Positions 9,138 through 17,667 of a stretch of DNA of 44,389 nucleotides are shown here, one piece after another (within the stretch, counting starts at the first letter, position 1; each line of letters starts with the position of its first letter). The position numbers were made by a program, and so were the translations under genes. The DNA is from Thermoanaerobaculia bacterium. GTDB taxonomy: Bacteria; Acidobacteriota; Thermoanaerobaculia; Multivoradales; UBA5704. Below the pieces are notes generated by a model. It was not told where the DNA came from and searched no databases. It was given only the letters and a program-made list of their open reading frames with translations. The stretch lies in assembly GCA_030150965.1 (NCBI GenBank), contig JASLEW010000115.1, positions 1 through 44,389 of the forward strand, in the 5' to 3' direction.

Positions 9138-10845
9138 GGGCGCCGGGCGGGCGGCGGCGCGCGGCCCTGGCGCGCGGCCTGGTTGGGTGCCGCGAATCGT
9201 CGATCCCGCGCCGCAGCATCTGGCCGGGCATGGCGGAGGTGAGCTGGCCGTGATCGAGCACCAGCTGCCCGTTGACCAGCACGTCGTCGATCCCGTCCGG
9301 CAGCAGCAGCGGGTGCTCGTAGGTGGCGCGGTCACGGATGCGCGCCGGATCGAAGATCACGATGTCGGCGTGGTAGCCCTCGCGCAGCAGACCGCGCCCT
9401 GCCAGGTGGAAGGTCTCAGCGCTCAAACCGGTGAGGCGGTGGATGGCCTGGGACCACGACAGCACCTCCTCCTCGACCACGAATCTCCTCAGGAAGCGCG
9501 GGAAGGTGCCGCAACCTCGGGGGTGCGGCAGGTAGGCCGTGTCCCGATAACGGATGGCGCTGTCGGAGCCCACCATGGTCCCCGGGTCGGCCGCGATGCG
9601 CTCCATGACCTCGCCGCAGATATTGTGATAGATCATCTGCGCCTCGCCGCCCGCGACCAGCTGATCCACGATACGCAGCTGCTGATCGAGCCCACGGGCC
9701 CCGAGCTCCAGGTCGGCGATCTGCGGCACCCGCAGGCCGCTCCACCGCGGGTGGCCGCCGGCCAGAGCGACGCGCGCAAAGCCGAAGTCCTGCCATCCCT
9801 GCGCCGCGAGGCCCGCCATCACCGCGGCTTCCAGCCGCCGCAGCTGGCGCGGATCACGCAGCAGCCGGCGGCGCTCCCCCCCTTCGGCGGCGAAGTACCA
9901 GTCGGGAAGGAGCGGATCGAGGTTGGTGCTGGACGCCGCGTAGGGATAGAAATCGTCCCCCACGATCAGGCCCTCGCGGCGGCCCGCCGCGATCAGCTCC
10001 TGGCGGCGCTGGAAGTCGCCGCAGGCGGCGGCGCCGGTACCGGTCACCTTGAGGTGCGAGATGAACAGCGGGATCCGCGCCTCCCGGCTCAGGCGCATCA
10101 CCTCCTCCAGGGCCGCCAGCCCCGCCGCGCCCTCGTCGCGGACGTGGCTCGCATGCAGGCCCCCGAACCGCGCCGCCTCGGCCAGCAGCGCCTCGATCTC
10201 CTCCGGCGGGCTGAGGCGCCCTGGCAGATACGCCAGACCGGTGGAGATCCCCAGCGCACCCTGGCGCATCGCCCGGGCGACCAGCTCCCGCATGCGGGCC
10301 AGCTGGGCCTTGGAGGGAGCGTCGTTGGCCCGCGCTCCCATCACGGCGCGCTTGACCGTGTTGTGACCGATCAGGGTGGCGACGTTGACGTTGACGCCGT
10401 AGCGGTCGATGAGGGAGGCGAGCTCGGCGGGGTGGAGCGGGGACCTGCCGCAATTGCCGGTGACGAGGGTGGTGACGCCCTGTCCCACGTAGTTCCAGGC
10501 GTTGATCGGCGCCTCGGCCGCCAGCACCGAGGCGTCGGCATGGGAATGGGTATCGATGAAGCCCGGGGCGGCGATACGGCTCCTGGCGTCAAGGAGCTGC
10601 CGGCTGTGAAACCAGCGCGGACCGCGCCAGATCGCCACGATGCGGTCCCGCCGCACACCGATGCTGACGTGGTAACGGGCCGGAGCGCCGCTGCCGTCCA
10701 CCAGCGTGGCATCGGTGATGACAAGATCATAGCTCGGCGCCCGCCCCAGCCCCAGGTGCACGGCCACGGCGATGCCGAGCGCCAGCGCCGCCGTAGCCGC
10801 CAGGGCCAGGTGCGGCCGGCGCCAGGGTGGCGGCAGGAGGCGCAT
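9106..10845 (-). CDS. N-acyl-D-amino-acid deacylase (D-aminoacylase, amidohydrolase superfamily), N-terminally anchored or secreted
   Basis: 579-aa ORF with PGFIDTHSHAD metal-binding and GVTTLVTGNCG motifs, and the DLVITDATLVDGSGAP start typical of D-aminoacylases. Its ATG is 3 nt downstream of the stop of the preceding gene. Confidence 0.85.
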   Translation of the reverse strand: MRLLPPPWRRPHLALAATAALALGIAVAVHLGLGRAPSYDLVITDATLVDGSGAPARYHVSIGVRRDRIVAIWRGPRWFHSRQLLDARSRIAAPGFIDTHSHADASVLAAEAPINAWNYVGQGVTTLVTGNCGRSPLHPAELASLIDRYGVNVNVATLIGHNTVKRAVMGARANDAPSKAQLARMRELVARAMRQGALGISTGLAYLPGRLSPPEEIEALLAEAARFGGLHASHVRDEGAAGLAALEEVMRLSREARIPLFISHLKVTGTGAAACGDFQRRQELIAAGRREGLIVGDDFYPYAASSTNLDPLLPDWYFAAEGGERRRLLRDPRQLRRLEAAVMAGLAAQGWQDFGFARVALAGGHPRWSGLRVPQIADLELGARGLDQQLRIVDQLVAGGEAQMIYHNICGEVMERIAADPGTMVGSDSAIRYRDTAYLPHPRGCGTFPRFLRRFVVEEEVLSWSQAIHRLTGLSAETFHLAGRGLLREGYHADIVIFDPARIRDRATYEHPLLLPDGIDDVLVNGQLVLDHGQLTSAMPGQMLRRGIDDSRHPTRPRARAARRRPPGALRAAGSPPAD

Positions 10846-10848
10846 CGC

Positions 10849-12438
10849 TCACCGCGGCCGGCGGAGGCCGTGCGCGCTGCCGCGCGTTCCCAGCTCCCGG
10901 ACGTACTCCTCGATCTTGCCGCGGACGGCGGGATCGGTCTCGTAGCGCAGGCACTGCTGGTAAGCCTGGATGGCATCCTGGTTGCGGTGCAACCGGACGT
11001 AGACACGGCCGAGCTCACGATAGAGGCTGGCCCGCCCGGGCTCGATGGCGATGGCCTGCCGCAGGTAGCCGAGGGCCTCCTGGGGCTGCTCGTCGCCGAC
11101 CAGCTTTGCCAGGTTCAGCAGCGGGAAGATGAACCTGGGGTCGGCGGCATGGGCCCGCTGGTAGAACTCCTTCGCCCGCTCGGTGCTGCGCAGCTCGGCG
11201 CCGCCGCGGACGTACACCTTGCCGATGCCGTTGAGCGCCAGCGGCCAGTCCGCATGCAGCGCCAGCGCCTGCTGATAGCCGTCGAGCGCCTCCCGGTAGC
11301 TGCCGCGGGCGAACGCCAGCTGGGCATTGCAGTAATCGAGGCGGGCCGTCAGCTCGCGGTCTGCCGGATCGGTCTTGGCAAGGAAGCCGTACATCGCCGC
11401 CAGCCGCGGCCAGTCGGTGTTCTCGTCCGACTCGCTGTAGAAGCGCTGCAGGAGCGCATCCGCCTGCGGCCTGAGGACGGCGGAGATCCGGCGGCCGAGG
11501 TCCCGCAGCTCGGTGGAGCCGGGTTCCGCCTGGGCGAGCTGGTTGTAGAGCTCGACCGCCGAGCTGCCCGAAGACGACAGGAGATCGCCGTGCCCGATCG
11601 CCTCCAGCGCCCGCCCGTAAGGTCCCTGGCCGCCCACCCAGCGGACGAGCAAGTAGATCAGCACGGCGGCGGCGACGGCCAGGACGAACAGGGTCCGGCC
11701 GCTCCTCCGCCGTGGCGCCGGAGCGGCCCCGGAAGGCGCGGCAGCCACCGGCGCTGGTTGTGCCTGGGGTGGGGCCGGAGCGGCAGCCGCCGGCGCTGTC
11801 GCCTGCGCTCGCCGCGAAGGAGCGCCGGCACGCGCCAGGGTGGCGGCGACCGGCGGGGAAAAAGGTGCAACCCGCGGAGTTGCCCTCGCCTCCCCTGCTT
11901 CCGGTCCCTGCGCCGTCCGCAAAGACGGCGGCGCGGCGGCGGGCAGGGCGGCCACCGGCGGATCTGCCGGCGTTGCCGGAGCCAGGGGGGCCAGCGAGAT
12001 CGGCGGAGTGGTCGGGGCGGGGGTCTCGCCACAGAACGGACAGGAGGCGCCACCTAACAGCACCTTGGTGTCGCCGCCGACGCCGCGGCAGGCGTGGCTG
12101 GGGCCGCTGGGGCCGCGCCGGCACCAGGCGCACGCCGGCTCGATGTCGGCCGGGGAGACGACGCCGCACGGGCAGGCGAAAAGCGTCCCCGGCATGATGT
12201 TGCAGTGCCGGCATTGCAGATCGGCAGGCACCTTCGCCCGCCAGGCCACGGGGTCGGGCTCACAGGAACACAGATACCAGCTGTAGTCCTCTCCCTCCTG
12301 GCGGGGGAAGGTCCCCAGGCACCCGCCACCGCTCACATCCATCACCACGCGCGAGCCGTCGACCTCGTAGACCTGGGTGCCCCCGGCATCGGGGAGGAAG
12401 AAGGCCAGGAAGCGCCGGGCCGCTGCCGTTGCGGGCAT
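10849..12438 (-). CDS. zinc-ribbon / Pro-Ala-rich linker / single TM / TPR-repeat protein
   Basis: The N-terminus has Cys knuckles (CSC...CRHC, CPC...CAWC, CPFC). A TM segment (TLFVLAVAAAVLIYLLV) is preceded by RRRSGR, and the C-terminus has TPR-like repeats (ALNGIGKVY..., AKEFYQRA..., ALGYLRQAIAIEP..., AIQAYQQCL). The ATG at 12438 follows GAGAGGA; a GTG at 12453 would overlap the upstream stop as GTGA. Confidence 0.7.
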   Translation of the reverse strand: MPATAAARRFLAFFLPDAGGTQVYEVDGSRVVMDVSGGGCLGTFPRQEGEDYSWYLCSCEPDPVAWRAKVPADLQCRHCNIMPGTLFACPCGVVSPADIEPACAWCRRGPSGPSHACRGVGGDTKVLLGGASCPFCGETPAPTTPPISLAPLAPATPADPPVAALPAAAPPSLRTAQGPEAGEARATPRVAPFSPPVAATLARAGAPSRRAQATAPAAAAPAPPQAQPAPVAAAPSGAAPAPRRRSGRTLFVLAVAAAVLIYLLVRWVGGQGPYGRALEAIGHGDLLSSSGSSAVELYNQLAQAEPGSTELRDLGRRISAVLRPQADALLQRFYSESDENTDWPRLAAMYGFLAKTDPADRELTARLDYCNAQLAFARGSYREALDGYQQALALHADWPLALNGIGKVYVRGGAELRSTERAKEFYQRAHAADPRFIFPLLNLAKLVGDEQPQEALGYLRQAIAIEPGRASLYRELGRVYVRLHRNQDAIQAYQQCLRYETDPAVRGKIEEYVRELGTRGSAHGLRRPR

Positions 12439-12449
12439 CGGAGATCCTC

Positions 12450-13778
12450 TCACCCAACCTGGAGGCGGCCCTTGGTGACCACCCGGTATCCCCTGCCCGA
12501 CTCCTCCAGGCAGGGATGCTGGAGCAGCGAGACGGGGCCGTAGTTCGCTCCGTCCACATAGAACAGTGGCTCGAAGATGAACAGGTGCTGGCGGAAATAG
12601 GGCTGGTCGATCGCCGGCAGTGCGCGCACCTCGCCGTTTGTGGGGTCCTTGAAGACGCGGAAGCCCGGCTGCGACGGCGCTGGCGCCTCCACCAGCAGAT
12701 CCACCATTTTGTCGAACCGCATCATCCGGCTCGCCGGCGGGGCGAGACGCTGGAGGTCGGCGACGAGGCCGAGGTAGCTGTTCGCCGCGGGCTGCGGCGC
12801 GACGGAGTCGTCATCGGGTCCTGGCGCCGGAAGCGGTTCGTATCCCACGCCGCCTGAGGAGTCGGGCGTGGCGCCGCCGGCGCCGGCCGGGGACCGCGGG
12901 GCAGTTTGAATCCTGCGGTCCGGCGTCTCCCCCGGCCCGGCGCCGCGCTCCTCACGAATGGACAACAGCCGCCGGACCTTCTGCTCGGTCTGGTCCTGGG
13001 CCGTCCTGGCAGAGGAGTCCAGCTGATTGAGCTGCTCCCACAGCTTCCCCAGCTCCACCTTCAGCGTCTGCTCGCAAAGAATCACCCTGGCGCGGAGGTC
13101 CTTCCTCTCGGTCTGGTCGAGGAACTCCTTGGTCACGGCGAGACCACCCAAGACCAGGCCGAACACCGCAACCACCAGCGGCAGATTCGGCACCACCGGC
13201 AGGTTCGGCCCCGGCGGGGGTGGGGGCGTACCCTGCCCGCGGTTCTCCGGCGCTGAATCAGTTCCGCCCGCCGTCCCCCCTCCCTGCTGTGCGCCCGGCG
13301 GTGGCGGCGGCGTCCCTTGCAGCTCACCTGCGATCTCGTCGCGTTTCCGCTGGATCCGCGTGTGGAGATCGTCATAGGCATCCAGCCCCGAGCTCGTCTT
13401 CAGCTTGTCGTAGCTCTGTTCGAGGTTCTGTTCGAGCTCTCCGAGCCGGTCATCGAGATCCTTCAAGACCTCGGGGCCGTGGCTCGGCGCATCCGCGGTG
13501 CACGACTTGAAGCCCTGGTCGAAGGGGAGCAGCAGCGTGCGATCGGGGCTCGGCTTGGGGAGCGCTTCCACGCGGTCCGTCGCCGCACCCGCACCGTTCC
13601 GCGCTGACGATGCGCCGGCCGCCGTGCCCTTCGAGCCCGGCGACCGGTTCCCCGTCCGGTGCGCGGACGCGCCCTTCGTCCCGCCTCCCTGCACCTCCAG
13701 GCACACGGCCGCGGAGGCCCACAGGCAGAGGGCGAGCACCGGCCATGCCGCGCCCGCCCGGAAGCGACTCCGTGCCAT
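12450..13778 (-). CDS. bitopic membrane protein with signal peptide, coiled-coil segments, Pro-rich spacers and an uncharacterised C-terminal domain
   Basis: The ATG at 13778 lies 7 nt after GGAGGG and 1 nt after the upstream stop. The signal peptide is MARSRFRAGAAWPVLALCLWASAAVC, with heptad-like regions on both sides of a TM segment (LPLVVAVFGLVLGGLAVT). I recognise no family match. Confidence 0.65.
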   Translation of the reverse strand: MARSRFRAGAAWPVLALCLWASAAVCLEVQGGGTKGASAHRTGNRSPGSKGTAAGASSARNGAGAATDRVEALPKPSPDRTLLLPFDQGFKSCTADAPSHGPEVLKDLDDRLGELEQNLEQSYDKLKTSSGLDAYDDLHTRIQRKRDEIAGELQGTPPPPPGAQQGGGTAGGTDSAPENRGQGTPPPPPGPNLPVVPNLPLVVAVFGLVLGGLAVTKEFLDQTERKDLRARVILCEQTLKVELGKLWEQLNQLDSSARTAQDQTEQKVRRLLSIREERGAGPGETPDRRIQTAPRSPAGAGGATPDSSGGVGYEPLPAPGPDDDSVAPQPAANSYLGLVADLQRLAPPASRMMRFDKMVDLLVEAPAPSQPGFRVFKDPTNGEVRALPAIDQPYFRQHLFIFEPLFYVDGANYGPVSLLQHPCLEESGRGYRVVTKGRLQVG

Positions 13779-13779
13779 G

Positions 13780-16700
13780 TCAACGCCCTCCACTCATCAT
13801 CTGGAGCAGGGTGTGCCGCACCTCGCGGTGGAGCAGCGGGTACTCCCAGATCGCCCGCACCAGACTGGTGGTGTCCGGCGTGTGCTCGGAAGAGGCGGTG
13901 CCGTAGACGTCGAGGGCCGTCCTGGCAATCTCGTGGAGCGCGCTGTTCCAGGCCTCCCAGCCCATCTTGTCGAGCATCCGGGCCGCCGGACCGGTGTAGC
14001 CGCCGGTCTTCATCAGGTCCAGGGCCTGGAGCTGCCGGGCCACGCTCTCGGGGCCGGGGACCGGCTGGAAGGTCGCGGGGTCGGGGCTGACCCGCGCCAC
14101 CTTGATCGTTTCGGACCCGTCGCCATGTCCGTTGGGCGAGAGCCGGCCGACCTCGCGCAGGATGAAATCGTCGACCTGCTCCTTGCCGACCGACGAGTAC
14201 CACGGCAGCACGATCCTCGGCTGCGGCCCGCCGTCGGCGCCGGTCTGCCCGTCCGGCAGCACCGCCAGGTCGAAGCCGACGATGCCGCAGGCCGAGCTGC
14301 CGCTACCGCCCGCACCCTCGATCAGGCCGCCGGCGGCGACCAGGTCCTTCGAGTACACGGCCTGGCCGTCGAGGACGTAGCTGACGATGTCGTCCATGAG
14401 CCGGACCTTGACCTCGTCGGCCTCGGGCAGGCGCGGCCGGCTCTCCGGCGGCCCCTGGCCCTCCATCGCCCGCTTGAGCTCGCGGTACAGAGCCTTCACC
14501 AGGGTGGTGATCCTGGCCGCCGACCGCGCCACCCCGGCGTGCGGCAGGAGGCCCCAGCCGTTGCCGGCCAGCACCACGTAGATCGCCGACGGCAGCGGGC
14601 GCCCCGGGATCGGGGCCACGGCGAGGAGCAGCCCGTGGGTCAGCACGAGATGGAACAGCGACCGCATCCAATGCCCGGGCGCATAGCGGTCGATCTTCGG
14701 CGCCACCTCCTCCGCCACCGTCGCCTCGCGCAGGTCGAGCGTCCGGATGTCCCGGTTCTTCATGTACGACGGGCTCTTGTCTGGCATCATCTCGCCGACC
14801 CGCAGGGTGTAGAACTGGCGCAGCTTGCCGATCACCGCGTCGTCGCGCAGGCAGGCCAGGTCGGGGAACCAGGCCGGCAGCCCGGTCATCGACTCGATGC
14901 TCTTCTTGAACGTCGCGTACTCCGCGTCGGACGAGATGTCCTGGAAGAAGCTGAACAGCCGGTTGCCGGCCAGCACCATGCTGTCCAGGAAGCAGAGCTG
15001 GTCGCCCGGATGGATGCCGCCACCGGCCGGGCGTGGGCCGCCGGCGAAGACCGCATAGTCGGCCGAGCCTCCCCCCATGTCGATGAGGACCACGCGATGA
15101 CTCTCCGGCAGGTACTCCTCCTTCTTCTCGCGGTGCGAGCGGTTGTAGGCCCGGAAAACCGCCTGGCTCTCGTCGACCATGGCAATGTTGGGGCCTTCTT
15201 TGGGGTTCACGCCGCCTGGGCAAGCGAGCTCCTCGACTACTTCGACCGCGCGGCGCGCTGCGTTCTCGTAGAGCCTGGCCTCGATCGGCTTCATGCTCAG
15301 CGGATAGGTGAAGGTGTAGTGCGACGGCAGCGCGCCGGTCTTGGCGAAGACCTCGGCGGCAACGTGCAGCAGCAGCAGCTCCAGGAACGCCATGCGGAAG
15401 GCGCGGCGCCGCAGGTCCTGCTCGGGGGAGTCGCCGGGCGACGCCCACTTGAGGTTGTCCTCGACACCCCAGGGGAGGAGCGTGGAGTCGCGGATATCCA
15501 GAGCCAGCTGGCCCTTGGTGCCCAGCAGGTCGAAGACCCCGACGAGCCCGGCCAGGTCGGCGGCGGTCTGGCCGCCGGGGTTGGCCAGTCCCTGGAGCAG
15601 CGGCAGATCGCGGGCGAGCGCCAGGCGGTAGCCGAGGAGCGTCGGGAAGAACCCGCGGTGGAAGCCGCTGTCGTCGCCGCCGGCCTCCAGGAACCAGCCG
15701 GGCTGGACAGCCTGCGGCAGCCGGCGCTCGGGGCGCGGCTGCACCAGCGGCCCCGCCCAGGGGCGCAGCTCCAGCACCCGCGGCTTGGTGGCGCCGTCTC
15801 CCCTCAGGGCCACGCTGGTGTTGCTGGTGCCGAAGTCGATGCCGGCCTGGAGCCGGCTCTGCTGCTCGGCGTCGCGGAAGACGGCGCCGCTGAGGAAGAG
15901 CAGGCCGGCCTGCTGGGGCTCCTCGGCGCCGGCTTGGCCGGTCTGAAGGACCTCGGCCAGGCGCGGTGGGCTGGTCAGCCGGGTGAAGGTGTAGGTGTCC
16001 TGGGCGTCGTGCGGCGCCGCCGCCACGGCGGGCTCGGCGACGCCGTCCTCGCCGTGGAAGCGCAGCGACAGCCGGCCGCTCGCCGCCAGCGTCCGCACGA
16101 AGTACGCCGACCAGCGCGGCTCCCGCACGGCGCGGAAGGTCGGCCAGACGTCCGCCTGCGGCAGCCTCATCTCGTCGAGCTTCCAACCGATCAGGCGGGT
16201 CTTCCAGCTCACCTGCCGCAGTGCATCGAAGTCGGTCCCCTTGGGCAGCGGCAGGGTGAGGCGGCAGAGCGCCTCGGTGGCGGCGTTGGCGCCGACGGCG
16301 CCGGAGGCAAGCCGGACCAGCTCCCCCGGGGCGGCGATGAATTGCGGGAACAGCCGCAGCAGGTTGCTGTGGAGCGGCAGCAGCGGCGTCACGTCGTCGC
16401 GCTTGGTGAGCGTGCGCCGCCAGTCGGCGTGCGCCTGGTGGAGCAGGGCGGGGTCGAGCGCGTTGGCGCCTTCCAGGTAGAACAGCGCCCCGCCGACGGC
16501 CCGCAACCGCGCCGGCGCCTGGGGGCTCAGCGACAGCACCTGATGATCGCTCGGCACCTGGTACACCTGGCGGTTGCGGCCCAGCACCTCGACCACCTGG
16601 TTCTCCGGGTCGATGCGCACCGTGAGGTCGCAGAGACGCGAGCGGTCCGCGGTGCCGGGGAAGGCCAGCCGCGTCGCCCAGGGGTTCAAGGCGACATCGA

Positions 16701-17646
16701 TGCCTTCGGCGATGAACAGCACCGGCGTCGCGCCGCCTCCGGCCCCCGGCGCCAGGGCACGCAGCGGATAGTTGCTCCAGACCTCGGACTGATCGAGGCC
16801 GTGATATCGGTAGCCGAGGAAGCTCCGGGGCTCGCTCGTCAGCCGTTCCTCGACGGCCCGCCCGGACGCGCCGTACTGCGTGGCCAGCACCGTGCGCAGC
16901 AGCTCGACCGCCTGGTACAGGTTGCCGAAGAGGCTCCCCTGCTGGCTCTCGGCCAGTTGCTCGGCGAGCCTGCCGAGAACGGAATCGAAGGCTTCGGCGA
17001 AACCCTCCTGCCGTCCATAGTGCTCCATCAGCTGCGACAACCGGAACGTCACCGCCGCCGCTCCGGGCACCTGGAACTTCTCCAAGCCGGGATCTGCATC
17101 CGGCGTCGGCGTCTCCAGCGCGGGAAACACGAGGCAGGGCCCGTAGCAGGCGCCGACGACCGCGCCCCCGGAGCCGGTGCGCAGCACGGTCAGCCCGCCT
17201 TCGCCGTGCAGGCGGTAGAGGACCGGCGGCCAGCGCGCCTCGTCAGGCTCGATCGGCAGGCCGGCGTGCAGCGCCGGGTAGAGGTCCTCGTCGAGCCGCT
17301 TGAGCGTCTCGGCCGGCACTCGGACGGCTTCCAGGTCCCCCTGGAAGAGGGCGGCGAGCAGGCCCGCCCACACCTGGAAGTGCTCGGCGTCGGTCCGCCG
17401 CGGTTTCTGGTCGATCTCGGCGGCCAGCGTCTCGAGGAAGGTCTCGGCGTGTGCCCAGATGGTCGGCTTGGCCTCGCGTGCAAGGCCGCGGAACGCCGCG
17501 TCCAGCGGATCGAACAACCGGCGTTCGCGGATCGCGGTATCGAACAGGGTGAAGGCCCTGGTCTCGCCGGCCCGTGTCGCCGCACCGATGCCGTGCCAAT
17601 GATCGCGGCCGAACTTGGGCAGGAGAAACTCCAGCTTGTTGGACAT
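13780..17646 (-). CDS. giant actin/Hsp70-fold (ASKHA) ATPase-like protein with ~600-aa uncharacterised N-terminal region
   Basis: 1288-aa ORF; the ATG follows GGAGGGAG. The phosphate-1 motif is GIDFGTSNTS (nt 15814..15843). The phosphate-2 motif is VVLIDMGGGSADYAVF (nt 15046..15087). An adenosine-like motif is YVVLAGNGWGLL, and the terminal motif SKDLVAAGGL resembles Hsp70 DEAVAxGAA. Confidence 0.8.
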   Translation of the reverse strand: MSNKLEFLLPKFGRDHWHGIGAATRAGETRAFTLFDTAIRERRLFDPLDAAFRGLAREAKPTIWAHAETFLETLAAEIDQKPRRTDAEHFQVWAGLLAALFQGDLEAVRVPAETLKRLDEDLYPALHAGLPIEPDEARWPPVLYRLHGEGGLTVLRTGSGGAVVGACYGPCLVFPALETPTPDADPGLEKFQVPGAAAVTFRLSQLMEHYGRQEGFAEAFDSVLGRLAEQLAESQQGSLFGNLYQAVELLRTVLATQYGASGRAVEERLTSEPRSFLGYRYHGLDQSEVWSNYPLRALAPGAGGGATPVLFIAEGIDVALNPWATRLAFPGTADRSRLCDLTVRIDPENQVVEVLGRNRQVYQVPSDHQVLSLSPQAPARLRAVGGALFYLEGANALDPALLHQAHADWRRTLTKRDDVTPLLPLHSNLLRLFPQFIAAPGELVRLASGAVGANAATEALCRLTLPLPKGTDFDALRQVSWKTRLIGWKLDEMRLPQADVWPTFRAVREPRWSAYFVRTLAASGRLSLRFHGEDGVAEPAVAAAPHDAQDTYTFTRLTSPPRLAEVLQTGQAGAEEPQQAGLLFLSGAVFRDAEQQSRLQAGIDFGTSNTSVALRGDGATKPRVLELRPWAGPLVQPRPERRLPQAVQPGWFLEAGGDDSGFHRGFFPTLLGYRLALARDLPLLQGLANPGGQTAADLAGLVGVFDLLGTKGQLALDIRDSTLLPWGVEDNLKWASPGDSPEQDLRRRAFRMAFLELLLLHVAAEVFAKTGALPSHYTFTYPLSMKPIEARLYENAARRAVEVVEELACPGGVNPKEGPNIAMVDESQAVFRAYNRSHREKKEEYLPESHRVVLIDMGGGSADYAVFAGGPRPAGGGIHPGDQLCFLDSMVLAGNRLFSFFQDISSDAEYATFKKSIESMTGLPAWFPDLACLRDDAVIGKLRQFYTLRVGEMMPDKSPSYMKNRDIRTLDLREATVAEEVAPKIDRYAPGHWMRSLFHLVLTHGLLLAVAPIPGRPLPSAIYVVLAGNGWGLLPHAGVARSAARITTLVKALYRELKRAMEGQGPPESRPRLPEADEVKVRLMDDIVSYVLDGQAVYSKDLVAAGGLIEGAGGSGSSACGIVGFDLAVLPDGQTGADGGPQPRIVLPWYSSVGKEQVDDFILREVGRLSPNGHGDGSETIKVARVSPDPATFQPVPGPESVARQLQALDLMKTGGYTGPAARMLDKMGWEAWNSALHEIARTALDVYGTASSEHTPDTTSLVRAIWEYPLLHREVRHTLLQMMSGGR

Positions 17647-17667
17647 GTCGTTGTGCTCCCTCCGTCT

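Noticed and set aside
9187-12057. 956-aa plus-strand ORF.
   Set aside because: It is antisense to the D-aminoacylase and TPR genes, and I see no recognisable motifs.
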